A DNA stretch of 64,000 bases from Octopus vulgaris. Its lineage: Eukaryota. The notes under the pieces were generated by a model. It saw only the letters and a program-made list of their open reading frames with translations. It did no database searches and was not told the DNA's origin. The stretch spans positions 23,374,001 to 23,438,000 of the forward strand of contig OX597825.1 in NCBI GenBank assembly GCA_951406725.2. Direction: 5' to 3'. Position 1 is the stretch's first letter. The number at the start of each line of letters is the position of its first letter. A program made the position numbers and the translations under genes. Of the stretch, positions 12,190-25,399 are shown one piece after another.

Positions 12190-12420
12190 GGAGCTGGCAG
12201 AAACGTTAGCACGCTGGGCGAAATGCTTAGCAGTATTTCGTCTGCCGCTACGTTCTGAGTTCAAATTCCACCGAGGTCGACTTTGCCTTTCATCCTTTCA
12301 GGGGTCGATTAAATAAGTACCAATTATGCACTGAGGTCGATATAATCGACTTAATCCGTTTGTCTGTCTTTGTTTGTCCTCTCTGTGTTTAGCCCCTTGT
12401 GGGTAGTAAAGAAATAGGTT
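12190..12420 (+). mobile_element. tRNA-derived SINE family B (Nin/Deu-like central domain)
   Basis: gagctggcagaaacgttagcacg...ctgagttcaaattcc...gcctttcatcctttcaggggtcgattaaataagtacc...ccccttgtgggtagtaaagaaat. About 20 copies or fragments in the window. Confidence 0.85.
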
Positions 12421-13770
12421 TGACAGGAGCTGGCAAGTCGAAGATCCTGTTTAAGATCTGAAACTGCACACAAATCTGCTTCTTTCACTTTTCACATGGT
12501 AGTTATGTATCAAATTGTCAAAATTCCCGCAAAAGTTAAGAAAATTACTGGTTGTTCTTTTCGATTAGTGATATCCTACATCTTTTTTTTTTGAGCTGCA
12601 ACATGCTGTATAAGATACAAAAAGTGTTGTAGCTAAGCTCACCATGAACTTGAAAAAAAAAAAAAGAATTATTATATAAAAAAAAAGAAAACAAGTATTA
12701 AAATTATTTTGTAATGGTGCTGGGGGGGGGGGTTAGCCATTGAACTTCATTGCATGGAAATATACAAACATTGGTGTGATATATATATATATATAAAAAG
12801 AGCCTCAAGCTTTCTAAATATCTTGAGATTTTTCCCAGCTGTAAAGCTGACAGCACACAAGGGTGGGGGGGCGGTCCCCTAACCACAGTGGATAAAAATG
12901 TCTGCTTTAGATATCAGGATTATTTTTATCTATGCCTGTCACTTTTGGGAAAGAAAGCCTGAATAGCTTATTATAAACTGTTCTGACATACCAGATAAAT
13001 TTAAATGGATTGAGTATTATAGGGTTTTAGTACAATTTGGATGTCCTTTGCATTTTCTTCATGATTGATTGTTCAGGTTCTGTAATGTATTCTGAGTGAT
13101 CAATCACCTAGGTATTGGACAAATAGATACTTATTTTAGCAGCGGTTTTTTTCTTCTTTTTTTTTAAATATATTGTATTATTGATAATATGGTATTTTGA
13201 AATCTTACATGTGCAAGATAATTTTTTTTTTTTCCATCACAGTCTGAAGAAATGTAGGATGCATTATCAATACACATGGAAGAACACTATTTTTCAAAAT
13301 CACCCGGCTTTTTGTTAGCAAGAAATAAATGGATACAAAAGCCAATGATGGTGATGATGATGTTTCTTTACTTCTAAAACAAATACTTTCTTTTTGACCA
13401 TTGAAAAAAAGGAAACAAAAGTAAAAAGTGAAAAATAAAAAAAATAAAAGCTTCTAGTCGCAATAAGTAAATCCATTTTAAGTATACGGTGGGCGAATTT
13501 TAGTAATATATACCACAACCACCACCAACACTACCACCACCACCAACAGCAGTTCAAGAATTTGGACCTGGAGATCTCCATTTCCAGCGACTTCGAGGGC
13601 CACCTCCCAGTGGTGTCGGGCGTCAACAAAGATCCCCTCGACTACAACAAGATGACCAAATTTGTTTTTTTTTTTCCAAGGTCTGGGGTCTCCCGCCCCT
13701 AAGCCCTAGACCATCACCTAATCACCCTTACCTGTCTTGTTGCTTAACAACAACAACAACCACCACCACC

Positions 13771-13808
<38 letters not shown>

Positions 13809-14066
13809 CAACAACAGCAACAACCACAACTGTAACATCAACTACGTCATCATCATTGTTGTCATTGTCATTGTCTTTATCATCATCTCATCATCATCAT
13901 CATCATCATCATCGTCATTGTCATCATCATCATCATCATCTTTAAAGTTTGCTTTTCCTATGCTTGCATGTGAACTAGTAAGACTCATTGAGACATTTTT
14001 CCACTGCCAGATGCTCTTCCTGTTGCCAACCCATGCTAGTATGCGTTGGACAATGTTAAAAAGTGT

Positions 14067-14145
14067 TGGCGGCCAGCTATGAGACTCGAACTCACACCCC
14101 TGTGATTATGCGTCACGGTGCTCTAACCTTTAAGCTAAACTGCCC
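14067..14145 (-). tRNA. Identical inverted copy of the tRNA-like (CAT) sequence
   Basis: Exact reverse complement of 14238-14316, followed by a T5 run on the minus strand. Confidence 0.5.
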
Positions 14146-14237
14146 TCACCACAAATTCTTCAGCAAATTTAAGATATATAGCATCTCATAAAGTGAGATT
14201 TCTATAGATCTTAAATTTGCGGAAGAATTTGTTGTGA

Positions 14238-14316
14238 GGGCAGTTTAGCTTAAAGGTTAGAGCACCGTGACGCATAATCACAGGGGTGTGAGTTCGAGTC
14301 TCATAGCTGGCCGCCA
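14238..14316 (+). tRNA. tRNA-like sequence, anticodon CAT (Met/Ile-like), probably pseudo or element-borne
   Basis: GGGCAGT acceptor (one G:G mismatch), D arm GCTT/GAGC, anticodon loop CGCATAA (G at position 33), T arm GTGAG-TTCGAGT-CTCAT, encoded 3' CCA, then a T7 run. Confidence 0.5.
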
Positions 14317-14405
14317 ACACTTTTTTTGGCAAAATAAGGGTAGTTTATCCTGTTCAGGCTATATTATTAGCATTATCCTGCATTTGAGAATTTAAAAAAA
14401 TCACT

Positions 14406-14795
14406 TCTATATATATAAAGCTGAAGTTGTATGTGTATGGCAGGTTTGATAGCCTTCAACTAACACTATCTCCTCTGAGACCCTGCGGCGCAAGTTAACC
14501 AAAATTGAGAGTATGATAGAAGAAGGCTTGCTCTTCCTTCTGTAGAAGAAAAAATTCAAATCGGATCATATTAACACCAAAAATTATTTACATCAAAAAG
14601 GTGCTTTTTTTCTATGAAAATCCCTATTCTTTACGATTTTTTGACTGCTGTGTCGCCATTTTTCGGTGTATTTCAACCAGAAAAATGTTCCCTTAAAGAG
14701 AATAACAAGCTACATAATGCAAAATTTTTACTTTTCAAAAATTCCAATTCTAAAGGGTCCAAACAAACCCGAGCAACGCCGGGTGATACTGCTAG
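14406..14795 (+). mobile_element. Non-autonomous Helitron
   Basis: 5' TCtatatatataaagctgaag. 3' GC-rich hairpin cccgagcaacgccggg followed by ...gCTAG|t. Confidence 0.75.
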
Positions 14796-14833
14796 TACAT
14801 ATATAAATGTGTGTGAGTATGTGTGCATGTGTC

Positions 14834-14885
<52 letters not shown>

Positions 14886-15995
14886 TATATAATGTATATA
14901 TATATACATAGCTTGGCTAGCTGTTGCTACTCCATGATACTATGAAATCATGTGACACAGTAGTGCCATCTGATGGTGAACTGATGGAATTTCGTCAAAT
15001 GATAATTGAATTTCAATGCTTTTTAGAATTTGTTGTTTTCCTGAAATTATTTTTTCAGAACGTTTACATCAGCCTAAGACATTGTAAACAACACATCCAA
15101 GTTAGGTTGGATGCGCTGACTAATATGTATATATACTTTCTTCCTTTTCCCTTCTTCTCTTTCTTTTTTCTGTTTTGCAAGTTTCTTGGCAACTTCACTA
15201 GTGCCAGCGGCAGTGGCATACAACCAGCACCTGGTACATACGGTAGAATAGCTGGCATTTGGAAGGTCATCAGGTGATACAAAACCATGCCAAAGCTGAT
15301 GCCAGAGCTTGGCACAGTCATGCGACTTGCCAGTATATGTTAAACTGTCCAATCTATGCTAGCATGGAAAACTGAACAAAACAGATATCAAATGATGACG
15401 ACGATGACGATGATGATGACAATGATTATGACAACACAGCATTACTTATGTTTATGCATATGAGCACTTCTTTTCAGTTATAGTCTGCTCTGAACTATAC
15501 TTGGAAACTCTTGCTAAGATTCTGTACCATGGGACAGATTTTCATTAGAAATTTAACATTATCTCATTCAAGAAAATTAAATTTATGTTTTTTATTTTGT
15601 TATATTTAGTTTTTCATTTTTATTTTATTGGTAAAATAACTAATGACAGTATCAGATAAAAATTGAATGAATTGAAATTTGGAAAATCTTGTTAAAACCA
15701 AGTGAAAAAAAAATATATATTTCATTCTCAAATGATTGATATTTTAATAAAAACGGAATTCAAAGGAAACTAAGATCTAATAATTCAGTTAGTACATGTT
15801 TAATCAACATATTTTTCCTGGGCTATTTCGCTAACTAGAATGATACAGAACATTTCCTATTCTAATATTCATCCAGTACTCATAAAAATCAATTGAAGAA
15901 TATCAATGACTGTACTTGAATTCTTTTGAGATAAAATTTCAAAATAGCGTCATTAATCAAAAACATCCATTCCTTATTAGATGTAGAAATTAATT

Positions 15996-16036
<41 letters not shown>

Positions 16037-16049
16037 GATGATGATGATG

Positions 16050-16486
16050 ATAATGGTTTCAAATTTTGCCACAGGGGTAGCAGTTTTCGAGGAAGGGATG
16101 AGTCGATTACATCGACCCCAGTATGCAACTGGTACTTATTTTATCAACACTGAAAGGATAAAGGGCAGGCGACCTCGGCAGAATTTGAACTTGGAACGTA
16201 GCGGCAGATAAAATACCGCTAAGCATTTTGCCTGGCATGCTAACAATTCTGCCAGCTCACTGCCTTAATAATAATAATAATTATTTCATATTTTTGCCAC
16301 AAAGGCAGCTTGGGGGAGGGGGAGATGAGTCGATTACATCAACCCCCGTCTTCAACTGGTACTTATTTTATCAAACCCCTGAAAAGATGAATGGCAAAGT
16401 TGACCGTGGCAGAATTTGAACTTGGAACATAGTAGCAGATGAAATACCGCTAACGATTCTGCCAGTTCACTGCTTTAATAATAATG

Positions 16487-16560
<74 letters not shown>

Positions 16561-16579
16561 TATGATAATGATAATAATG

Positions 16580-16610
<31 letters not shown>

Positions 16611-17315
16611 TAATCATTTTGCCCTAGGAGTCAGGAAGACACTTGGCAAGAAATGGAAACAAATTAAAACAAGAAAACTCATCATAATAACAACAACAAC
16701 AACTATAACAATAATAATTCTTTTGAGGGAAATTTTGAGGGAAGGTGCTAATCAATTACATCAACCTCAGTACATAACTGGTACTTGTTTTATCGACTTC
16801 AAAAGTATAAAAGGCAAAGTTGACCTTGGTAGAATTTGAACTCAGAACATAAAGCTGAATGGTAATGATTCTACCAGGTTGCCATCTGAAATTTGGAGAG
16901 AAGACTAGTCGATTACATCGACCCCAGTGCATAACTGGTACTTTATTTATCAACCCTGAAAGGATGAAAGGTAAAGTCGACCTCAGCAGAATTTGAACTC
17001 AGAACGTAGCAACAGATGAAATGCTGTTAAGCATTTTGCTCAGTGTGCTAACAATTCTGGCAGCTTGCCACCTTAATAATAACAATAATAGTGATTATGG
17101 CTTCAAAATTTGGCACAAAGCCAGCAATTTCAGGGGTGGGGTAAGTCAATTACATCGACACACACCCTCATGCTTGACTAGTATTTATTTTATCAACCCC
17201 AAAAGGATGAAAACCAAAGTTGACCATGGTGGAATTTGAACTCAAAACATGATCATGAACGAAATACTGCGAAGCATTTTGCCTGGCATGCTATCAATTC
17301 TGCCGGCTGACCCCA
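16050..17315 (-). mobile_element. Cluster of ~5 family B SINE copies interspersed with (AAT)n
   Basis: Repeated gtcgattacatcgaccccag...aaaggatgaaaggcaaagtcgacctcggcagaatttgaact blocks. (AAT)n at 16478-16614. Confidence 0.85.
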
Positions 17316-17655
17316 CCAATAATAACCATCATCATTTAGTGTTCCTTGTCCATGCTGGCATGGGCTGGATGGTTTGGCCTGGGCTGGTAAGCTAGAAGGC
17401 TGCATCAGACTCCAGTCTGATTTGGCATGGTTTCTACAGTCACATGACACCAGCATTGGCCACGACTACGATTTCACTTGGCTTGATGGGTCTTCTCAAG
17501 CACAGTCATTGCCTCTGTGAGGCCCAACGTTTGAAGATCATGCTTCACCACCTCATCACATATCTTCCTGGGTCTATCTCTACTACAGCTTCCCTCCTCA
17601 GTTAGGGATCAGCACTTCTTTACACATCTGTCCTTGCCCATATGCATCACATACG

Positions 17656-17710
<55 letters not shown>

Positions 17711-17711
<1 letters not shown>

Positions 17712-18377
17712 TGCTGCAAAATATGTGGTGATGAGGTAGAAACAATAAATATATTGTCCCTGGCTGCCCAGTCTGAACTAAGAAGGAATATATCCACAGA
17801 CATGATGACAAAGTTGCGGCCTATATACACTGGAAGCTATGCCGGCTCTATGATATGACAACAGAAAAAAGATTGTTTAGGCATACCTCAGAAAAGGTCT
17901 CAGAACATGATAAAGCAACCACACTCAAGGATGTGTCAATACACACAGTTAGTGAGATCAAGGCTAATAGACTGGATATAGTTGTCTGAGACCACCAAGA
18001 AACAAAATAGCCCTCTAATCAACGTATCAATCCCAACAGATTACAATGTATCTCTAAAAGAAATGGAGAACCTCTCAAAATACAAGGCTCTGGAAAATAA
18101 AGATAATGTGGGGCTTAAAAGTAGGATCAATCCCTCTAATAATAGCTTCATTATGTATGATTAAAAAGCATACAGACAAATGTATAACAAAACACCAGGA
18201 CTTACGAATATGTATATTACATACAGGAAATTGCACTACAAGGCATCGCACACACCCTACATAAAGCACTTTCAATACAGTGAAAATAACAACAGCAAAA
18301 CAAACCACAGCACATATCCAATGCACACAGAACAGTGCTCGGTAGTGCAGTGAAAGCACGTGATCAAAATGAGACTA
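17711..18377 (+). mobile_element. 5'-truncated Dong/R4-clade non-LTR retrotransposon (decayed)
   Basis: C..CG...ET..H.L..C zinc knuckle and RHD.V..YIHWKLC, with frameshifts. 3' UTR ends actactg(aat)n. Confidence 0.85.
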
Positions 18378-18409
<32 letters not shown>

Positions 18410-18414
<5 letters not shown>

Positions 18415-19434
18415 CAGAAGCAAGGAAAACTAATACAAATAGCCACAAAACACAGGCAAAACAAAAAACTTTTCAGTATTTTAGAAAGCTGACAAATAAA
18501 AACTACCTTAACAAATATGAAGAAGAGACAACGAAAGCTATAAAACAAATGAAATCCAAACTAAAACTAGAACAGCAACAGACCATGATCAAACGATGGC
18601 AAGAAAAGCCCCTTCATGGCAAATATTGGGCTACATTAAATGCAAAAGAAATAGACAGAGAAAAATCCCAGCAATGGTTGAGAAGCTCAGGACTCAAAGC
18701 AGAGACTGAAGGATTTTTAATTGCAGCATAAGACCAAAGCCTCCCCACCATAAATTACCAAAAACATATAATGAAAAGAAACATAACAAGTAACTGCAGA
18801 ATATGTGGAGATGGACAAGAAACAATAAATCATATTATCTCTGGCTGTCCAGTCCTGGCTAAGAAGGAATATATTCACAGACATGACAGAGTTGGGACTT
18901 ACATACACTGGAAGCTATGCCAACACTATGGAATAACAACAGAAAAAAGATGGTATAAGCACAGGCCAGAAAAGGTCACAGAAAACAAGAAAGCAACCAT
19001 AATATGGGATATGCCAATACACACATATCGAGAAATTATGGCCAACAGACCAGATATAGTTGTTAGAGATCATGAAGAAAAAAATGCTTTCTAATTGATG
19101 TATCAATACCAGTAGATGACAACATGTCTCTAAAAGAAATGGAGAAACTTTCAAAATACGAAGACCTGGAAATAGAGGTAACTTGAATGTGGAATCTAAA
19201 AGCAGAGATAATTCCTATCATAGTGGGCGCGTGAGGTATGATAAAAAATATTCAGACAAACACATAACAAAAGCACCAGGACCTACAAATATATATAACA
19301 TACAGAAAATTGCACTACTGGGCACTGCACACATCCTACACAAAACACTTTCAGTACAGTAACCATAAGAGCATCACAACAAACCACAGCGCTCGGTAGT
19401 GAAGTGAAATCACGCTATAAAAATAAAACTACTG
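18410..19434 (+). mobile_element. 5'-truncated Dong/R4-clade LINE with zinc knuckle and restriction-like endonuclease
   Basis: WQEKPLHGKY...LKAETEGFLIAA*DQSL...CRICGDGQETINHIISGCPVLA...RHDRV...NRPDIVVRD. Flanked by (AAT)n. Confidence 0.92.
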
Positions 19435-20810
19435 AATAATAATAACAACAACAACAAGAATAGAAATAATAGAATTAACTGAAAAGAAAACCAGTTGCTA
19501 GAAAGTGACAGAACTGTGAGAAGCGATTTTAATTAAAGAATTGTTTGTTGTTTGATTTTTAAAATTTTGATTAAATTCCAACAGCTATCAACCGCGTGTG
19601 CTCTGTTGTTTGGAGAATAGCAGCTACAGGGAATAGATTTTGGAATTTATTACTATGAAGCACTTTATTTAAGTACTGAAGTTTCTTTTACAAGAAACTA
19701 AAAGAAGAATTATTCTCATTTGGGATTATTATTACAAAGGTGTTGAAACGTTAGGTTTTAAAAAAATTATTTTGTTAGCAATAAAATATACATTTTTTTT
19801 TTTCAGAGATGCAGTCAAACTATTTATATTTCATTTTGTTGTATTGCATATATTGATTATAGAGTGTAATTCAGCTATAAATATATGAACATTATGTAAG
19901 GTCATTGTGGTTACATGCTCAAAATGGAAAAAAAGAATATTGAAGTTTGTGAAATTGTAATCCTTAGAGTAAATAAGTTTAGAAAGTGAATAAGCATCAG
20001 TGTTGCTGATTAAAATGTACAGAAAAGGTGATGAGTTGGTTTAAATATGTAACTGCATGGAACATATAAAACCTATTGTTTATAGTTGTTGAACTTTGGG
20101 TGGTTCATTTTACCAATAAAACACACACACTGGTTATATTGTGCTTCTTTTATTATCATCTGTAAAATAGCCGGTTACAAATTCACTAATTGATTGCTTG
20201 ACCGACTGTTTGGTGCATGAACCCTTTGGTTTGTCAGAGTCCTTTTTTGTCATTGTTTGTTATTTCTCTACTGCCCACAAGGGGCTACACACAGAGGCGA
20301 CAAACAAGGACAGACAAACGGATTAAGTCGATTATATCGACCTCAGTGCATAACTGGTACTTATTTAATCAACTCTGAAAAGATGAAAGGCAAAGTTGAC
20401 CATGGCAGAATTTGAACTTGGAACGTAAAGACAGAGGAAATACCGCTAAGCATTTCGCCCAGCATACTAACGTTTCTGTCAGCTCAGCATCTTTTTTGTA
20501 ATTGTTTGTGACCTTATAAATCACAGTTACAAACTGAATGATTGATAGAACAGTCGATTAGCTAACTAGTCAAGTAGTAATAATAAAAGAAGTGGAATAC
20601 AATCAGCACGTTATTTTAATTGGCAAGATGACCCTCCCTAGGTTTAACAATATTTGCCTCAATACATTGTTATTTAACCCAAGATCAACTTTGACTGAGC
20701 AGATCCATGACACTACACAGGTCTTTAGACAAACCATGTCCTTCCATTGTTCCAGATATATCAACATGCACTCTTGTACTTTCTCCACTGTCCAGTTTAT
20801 TTCTGCACCT

Positions 20811-20842
<32 letters not shown>

Positions 20843-21979
20843 ATTGTTGTTGCTCTTTGGCTGCTGAGCAAACCTGTGATCAAAGCTTTGTGAGCTGTAA
20901 CCATTTTGTGCCCTTATATTTTTTTCTCAGACTGTGTGCACTCTGGACCACATTGCCTAAAGTGTCTTTCCCCTTTAAAGATGGTAGTATCTGATCTGCG
21001 GTAGATTTTACTGCTATTTCTAGCAGGTTCCTTGACCGTGTAGATGCTCTTTTCTGTATTCTCAAGTTGGCCATAGCAGTGGTGGACAATTTGAAATTGG
21101 TTAGAGTATGACAACTGCACATATGCATTCGCACACACATGAGCACATACATGCACACATGTTCACATGCTCACACACATGCACACACATACACTCACAC
21201 ACACACACATACACACACACACACACACACACCGCATCATTTGTGCTGTAGTTTAATTATTTCTTTGAGGCAAGATGACTGATTTTGTTGGGAACCCTCT
21301 GCCTGCAGTGCTTTTGGTGGTAGCACGGAACATTCTTTTCTACTCTAGGTACAAGGCCTGAAATTTTGGCAGAGGGGGCCTGTTGATTAGGTCGAACCCA
21401 GTACGCAGCTGGTACTTAAATTATTGATCCCCCAAAAATTATCGACCCCGAAAGGATGAGTGGCAAAGTTGACCGCGGCGGAATTTGAACTCTGAACGTA
21501 AGGACATATGGTACATATGGTTTGTTGAGTAGAAGCGAAATGGCTAAATGGATGAACACATTTTTATTACTGACTTAATATTCATGAATGCACACTTGTT
21601 TCAGACATTTCAGCACATTGCTTCAGATCACCTAACTATTGGATATGCAGGTCCCTGATTTTATGATCAAAAACCAGCAAGGTGATCACTCTCTGGTGTA
21701 GAGGTTTGATTACCATAAATCAATATCTTGAAGAGTGTAGATTACTTATTGTCTTGATCTAATATATTTTATTTCACCTGTGTTTCTGTAGAATTTAGCA
21801 GGTTTTTTTTTGCATGAAGAGAACATATTTGGAAGTTTAGCATAAGATAACAGTTTACAAATATTACATGTCCACTCTTGAAATAATAATTATAGCAGAT
21901 TAGTTGCCTTAATGAAGTATATTGCGATGCTTTTACTCCTGTATATTTTCTAAGTATTTTCCATGGATTAATCACTAAA

Positions 21980-22420
21980 TTTCTGGCTATTGACTCGTCA
22001 TCAGTGTGTGGCAATCATGAGTTGTCGATGAAAAGTTGGCCTCCCTGAGCGAGGTATAAACAGTAGCTGATAGAGCACAGAAAGTGTGTCAATAGCCAGC
22101 TGGAGGAGGTGTCCTCCTGGGGCTACAAGCTACAGTAACATCCACCCTTAGGGGTTAGCCACATTTAAGTGACAAATATACTTCACGATGTGTTGCAGCT
22201 ACTGTTTATATCTCGATCAGAGATTTAGTATTGCTTGTTTACACTTTTTCGATATCAGTGACTTTTCGTCACTGGAAAAAGGATATATATTTGCAAAGGG
22301 AGGCCTACTTTTCATCGGCAACTCGTGATTGTCACACGCTGATGACGGGTCAATACCCAGAAACTCGAGTCCGTGTGTATCATAGATTGAAGACAGAATC
22401 ACTAAATTAGTTTACTCCTA
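21980..22420 (+). mobile_element. Penelope-like inverted (tail-to-tail) terminal repeat
   Basis: 21980-22070 is inverted relative to 22195-22363. The right arm carries a hammerhead. Confidence 0.75.
22333..22377 (+). ncRNA. Minimal type I hammerhead ribozyme
   Basis: cacacg-CTGATGA-cgggt.caat.accca-GAAAC-tcga-GTC-cgtgtg. 6-bp helix I, palindromic helix III (actcgagt), GUC site. Confidence 0.8.
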
Positions 22421-22454
22421 ATCTCTCACTAATATCTTATTTTTTTCTACATAT

Positions 22455-22863
22455 CTTTTATCTTTTATCTTTTACTTGTTTCAGTCATTTGACTGCGGCC
22501 ATGCTGGAGCACCGCCTTTAGTCGAGAAAATCGACCCCGGGACTTATTCTTTGTAAGCCCAGTACTTATTCTATCGGTCTCTTTTTGCTGAACCGCTAAG
22601 TGACGGGGACATAAACACACCAGCATCGGTTGTCAAGCAATGCTAGGGAGACAAACACACACACACAAACACATACACATATATACATATATATACATAT
22701 ATACGACAGGCTTCTTTCAGTTTCCATCTACCAAATCCACTCACAAGGCATTGGTCAGCCCGGGGCTATAGCAGAAGACACTTGCCCAAGATGCCACGCA
22801 GTGGGACTGAACCCGGAACCATGTGGTTGGTTAGCAAGCTACTTACCACACAGCCACTCCTGT
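22455..22863 (-). mobile_element. Family A SINE, full length
   Basis: Same head, body and tail as 662-1074. Confidence 0.9.
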
Positions 22864-25399
22864 GTATGTTAGTTAAATCTTAATACTTTCTTAATGCTTC
22901 TCTTCACACCTTTAACTCACATCCAGTCACTAAGCAATTTAAATTTGTTCTGTTTTCAAAGAATCTTTTGTCTTCGTCACATAAGCTAAGTAAATTCAAT
23001 TTGATTGCTTGTTGAAATATTCTATTTCTAGTTTCAGTCTCGGTGTTCTTTCTGTCTTTGGGTATTTCACAGACACTAGCAGCACAATTAACTTTCATGT
23101 TATTAAAAACTGCAGAATTAATAACACTGAACTCACCACCAACAACAAAATCTGTAACAACTACAATAACATTATTGAGCAAACTGAATTTACCATGGGT
23201 CTCATTTGTGAGTGATTTAATTTAACTATTTAGCTGCCAAATTTCTCCACGTATCAGCATATCTTTGATATTGTATGTCAACTTTGCAAGACCTAAATCC
23301 TTGAGCCCCGAAGGAAAATGTCTACAGAAATGTGTAAGATTTCATGGCAGACAGATTTATTTTATATCTGCTATATCTAAAGATTTCAGTCAAGCATTTT
23401 GAAAGAGTTAAGATATTGGATAGTGTGTGGTTGATATCTTTCCTGCTGTTTACTAATTCTGTCTTGTATTTGAAGCTTACTCTTAACTCTAAAGTTTAGT
23501 GGTTAAAACTTGAAACTTAACACACACACACACACACACACTCTCTTTCTCTCAGTTCATCTAGCTGTAAATAGCTAACATAAGCAGGTACAAGCATCCG
23601 TTTCTCTATTAACCACAAGGGGCTAAACATAGAAGGGACAAAAAAGGATAGACAAACGTATTAAGTCGATTACATCGATCCCAGTGCGTAACTGGTACTT
23701 GATTTATCGACCCCGAAAGGATGAAAGGCAAAGTTGACCTCGGCGGAATTTGAACTCAGAACATAACGGCAGAAGAAATATGGCTATGCATTTCACCTGG
23801 CGTGCTAACGGTTCTGCCAGCTTGCTGCTTTTAAGCAGGTACAAGCATCATTGTAGGCAATGTATTTCAATATTTCAGTATTGGAGCCAATATTTGGCTA
23901 AGCAGAAGTGTTGTGTCGAAGTCCTCTTCTTTGAACCTAAATCTCAATAGAAGTGCTTATTCTATAACTATATTTAACAAGTTTTGTCACAACTAAGCCA
24001 GTCTGTTTTTATTGGTTTAATATGGTGGATTGGGCTGTGCTCATGACTTTCTCAAACCTTCCTGACATCCTGAATCTAGTGAGATTAACTCAATGTTCCT
24101 CTTGCACAGTTGCAATTTGATAGCCGTAGGGAAAATGTGCTGGAAGAAAATACCTGAGGACTGTGGTTCCAGTTGGGGCAGGATTAAAGTTACTGGTTAA
24201 TACAAAGTTTAGGGGTTGAAGTGGACACAAGATGGATGACAAAACATATTAAAAAATCTTTAATGAATCATCATAAAACATTGGATTGCTTAGTTAGGTT
24301 CCATAATATGCTTAAGAATTTAAAAAAATTTCAGCTACTTTCAAGGACAACAGTAGCTATAGAGAAGATACTTGCCCAAGGTCGATTCTACTTTTCATTC
24401 TTTCAGAGTCGATAAAAAAAAGTACCAGTTGTACACTGTGGTCAATGTAATCAATCTACCACTCCCCCCCCAAAAAAATTGCTAGCCTTGTGCCAAAATT
24501 TGAAACTATCTTTTGGTTGACACAACTTGCACGAAATTTTAAAATCATATTGAGTGCACAAACTTTGATTTTTATATCGAATGAATTGTTGTTGGTTCAA
24601 AAGCTGAAGTTATCAACTTCTAAATGGCTCAAAAACTTGGTGTTTGTGTCTTCTTTGACTAATCAGGTTGTTGGCCAATACACTAGGAAAAGATATTATA
24701 GTTTTTCCCCGTTCTGTTTTTATGTTGACTCACAAAAATCTGTCTTTGAGCTGTCAGGTTGACTATTGGAAAAATTTCTATTTGCATGACAAATATGATA
24801 TCTTTCATGTGATATTTTTTTATCAACTCTGTTATCATGATAGTGGAACAAAGCAAAAACTTCTTCATAGAAGGAAATGAGATAACAAGCTGGACACAGC
24901 AGACATTTTTATGTTTGGCAAGCTGTCAATATCTTATATATCTTAATATGGTTAATGAGATTATAATTTTCCAGAGAATGAACCTCATCTTTGGCAAATA
25001 AGAGTTTTAAAAATATTTTCACCAAACACTACATTTCATTTGGTTTGTTCTCTGTTGTTTTATTCCTGGATGTGAACATTCTGTATTCTCTGGCAAACAA
25101 GTCGATGAAGTATATAGTATAAACATACATACAGTGTAAATATTCAAACATTGTCATTATCTTTCCAAATTTTGTTGTGTATGTGGAATGTTTGGTCCTA
25201 CAAAGCAGTCTTTCTGTATGAGGTGACTTATACTCTTTTGGCTGTAAATTTTTTTCTGAAAAATTTGTGTGCTGGAAAATAGTTGAGTACAAGACAAGGT
25301 TGAAAGTAGCAACCATTATTTCTAAACCAAAGTAATAATACCTCTTACCTGTGAGGCCATTGACACGCTTGTCTTTCATATTTTAGTTTTTAATTGTTT

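Larger units (their letters stand above)
14058..14325. repeat. ~268-bp palindrome whose arms each contain a tRNA-like sequence
   Basis: 14067-14145 is the exact reverse complement of 14238-14316. The inner spacer is also near-palindromic, centred on tctcataaagtgaga. Confidence 0.95.

Noticed and set aside
14924-15277. 117-aa ORF as the N-terminus of the host gene
   Set aside because: No suitable donor, it runs into a SINE, and there is no recognisable homology.
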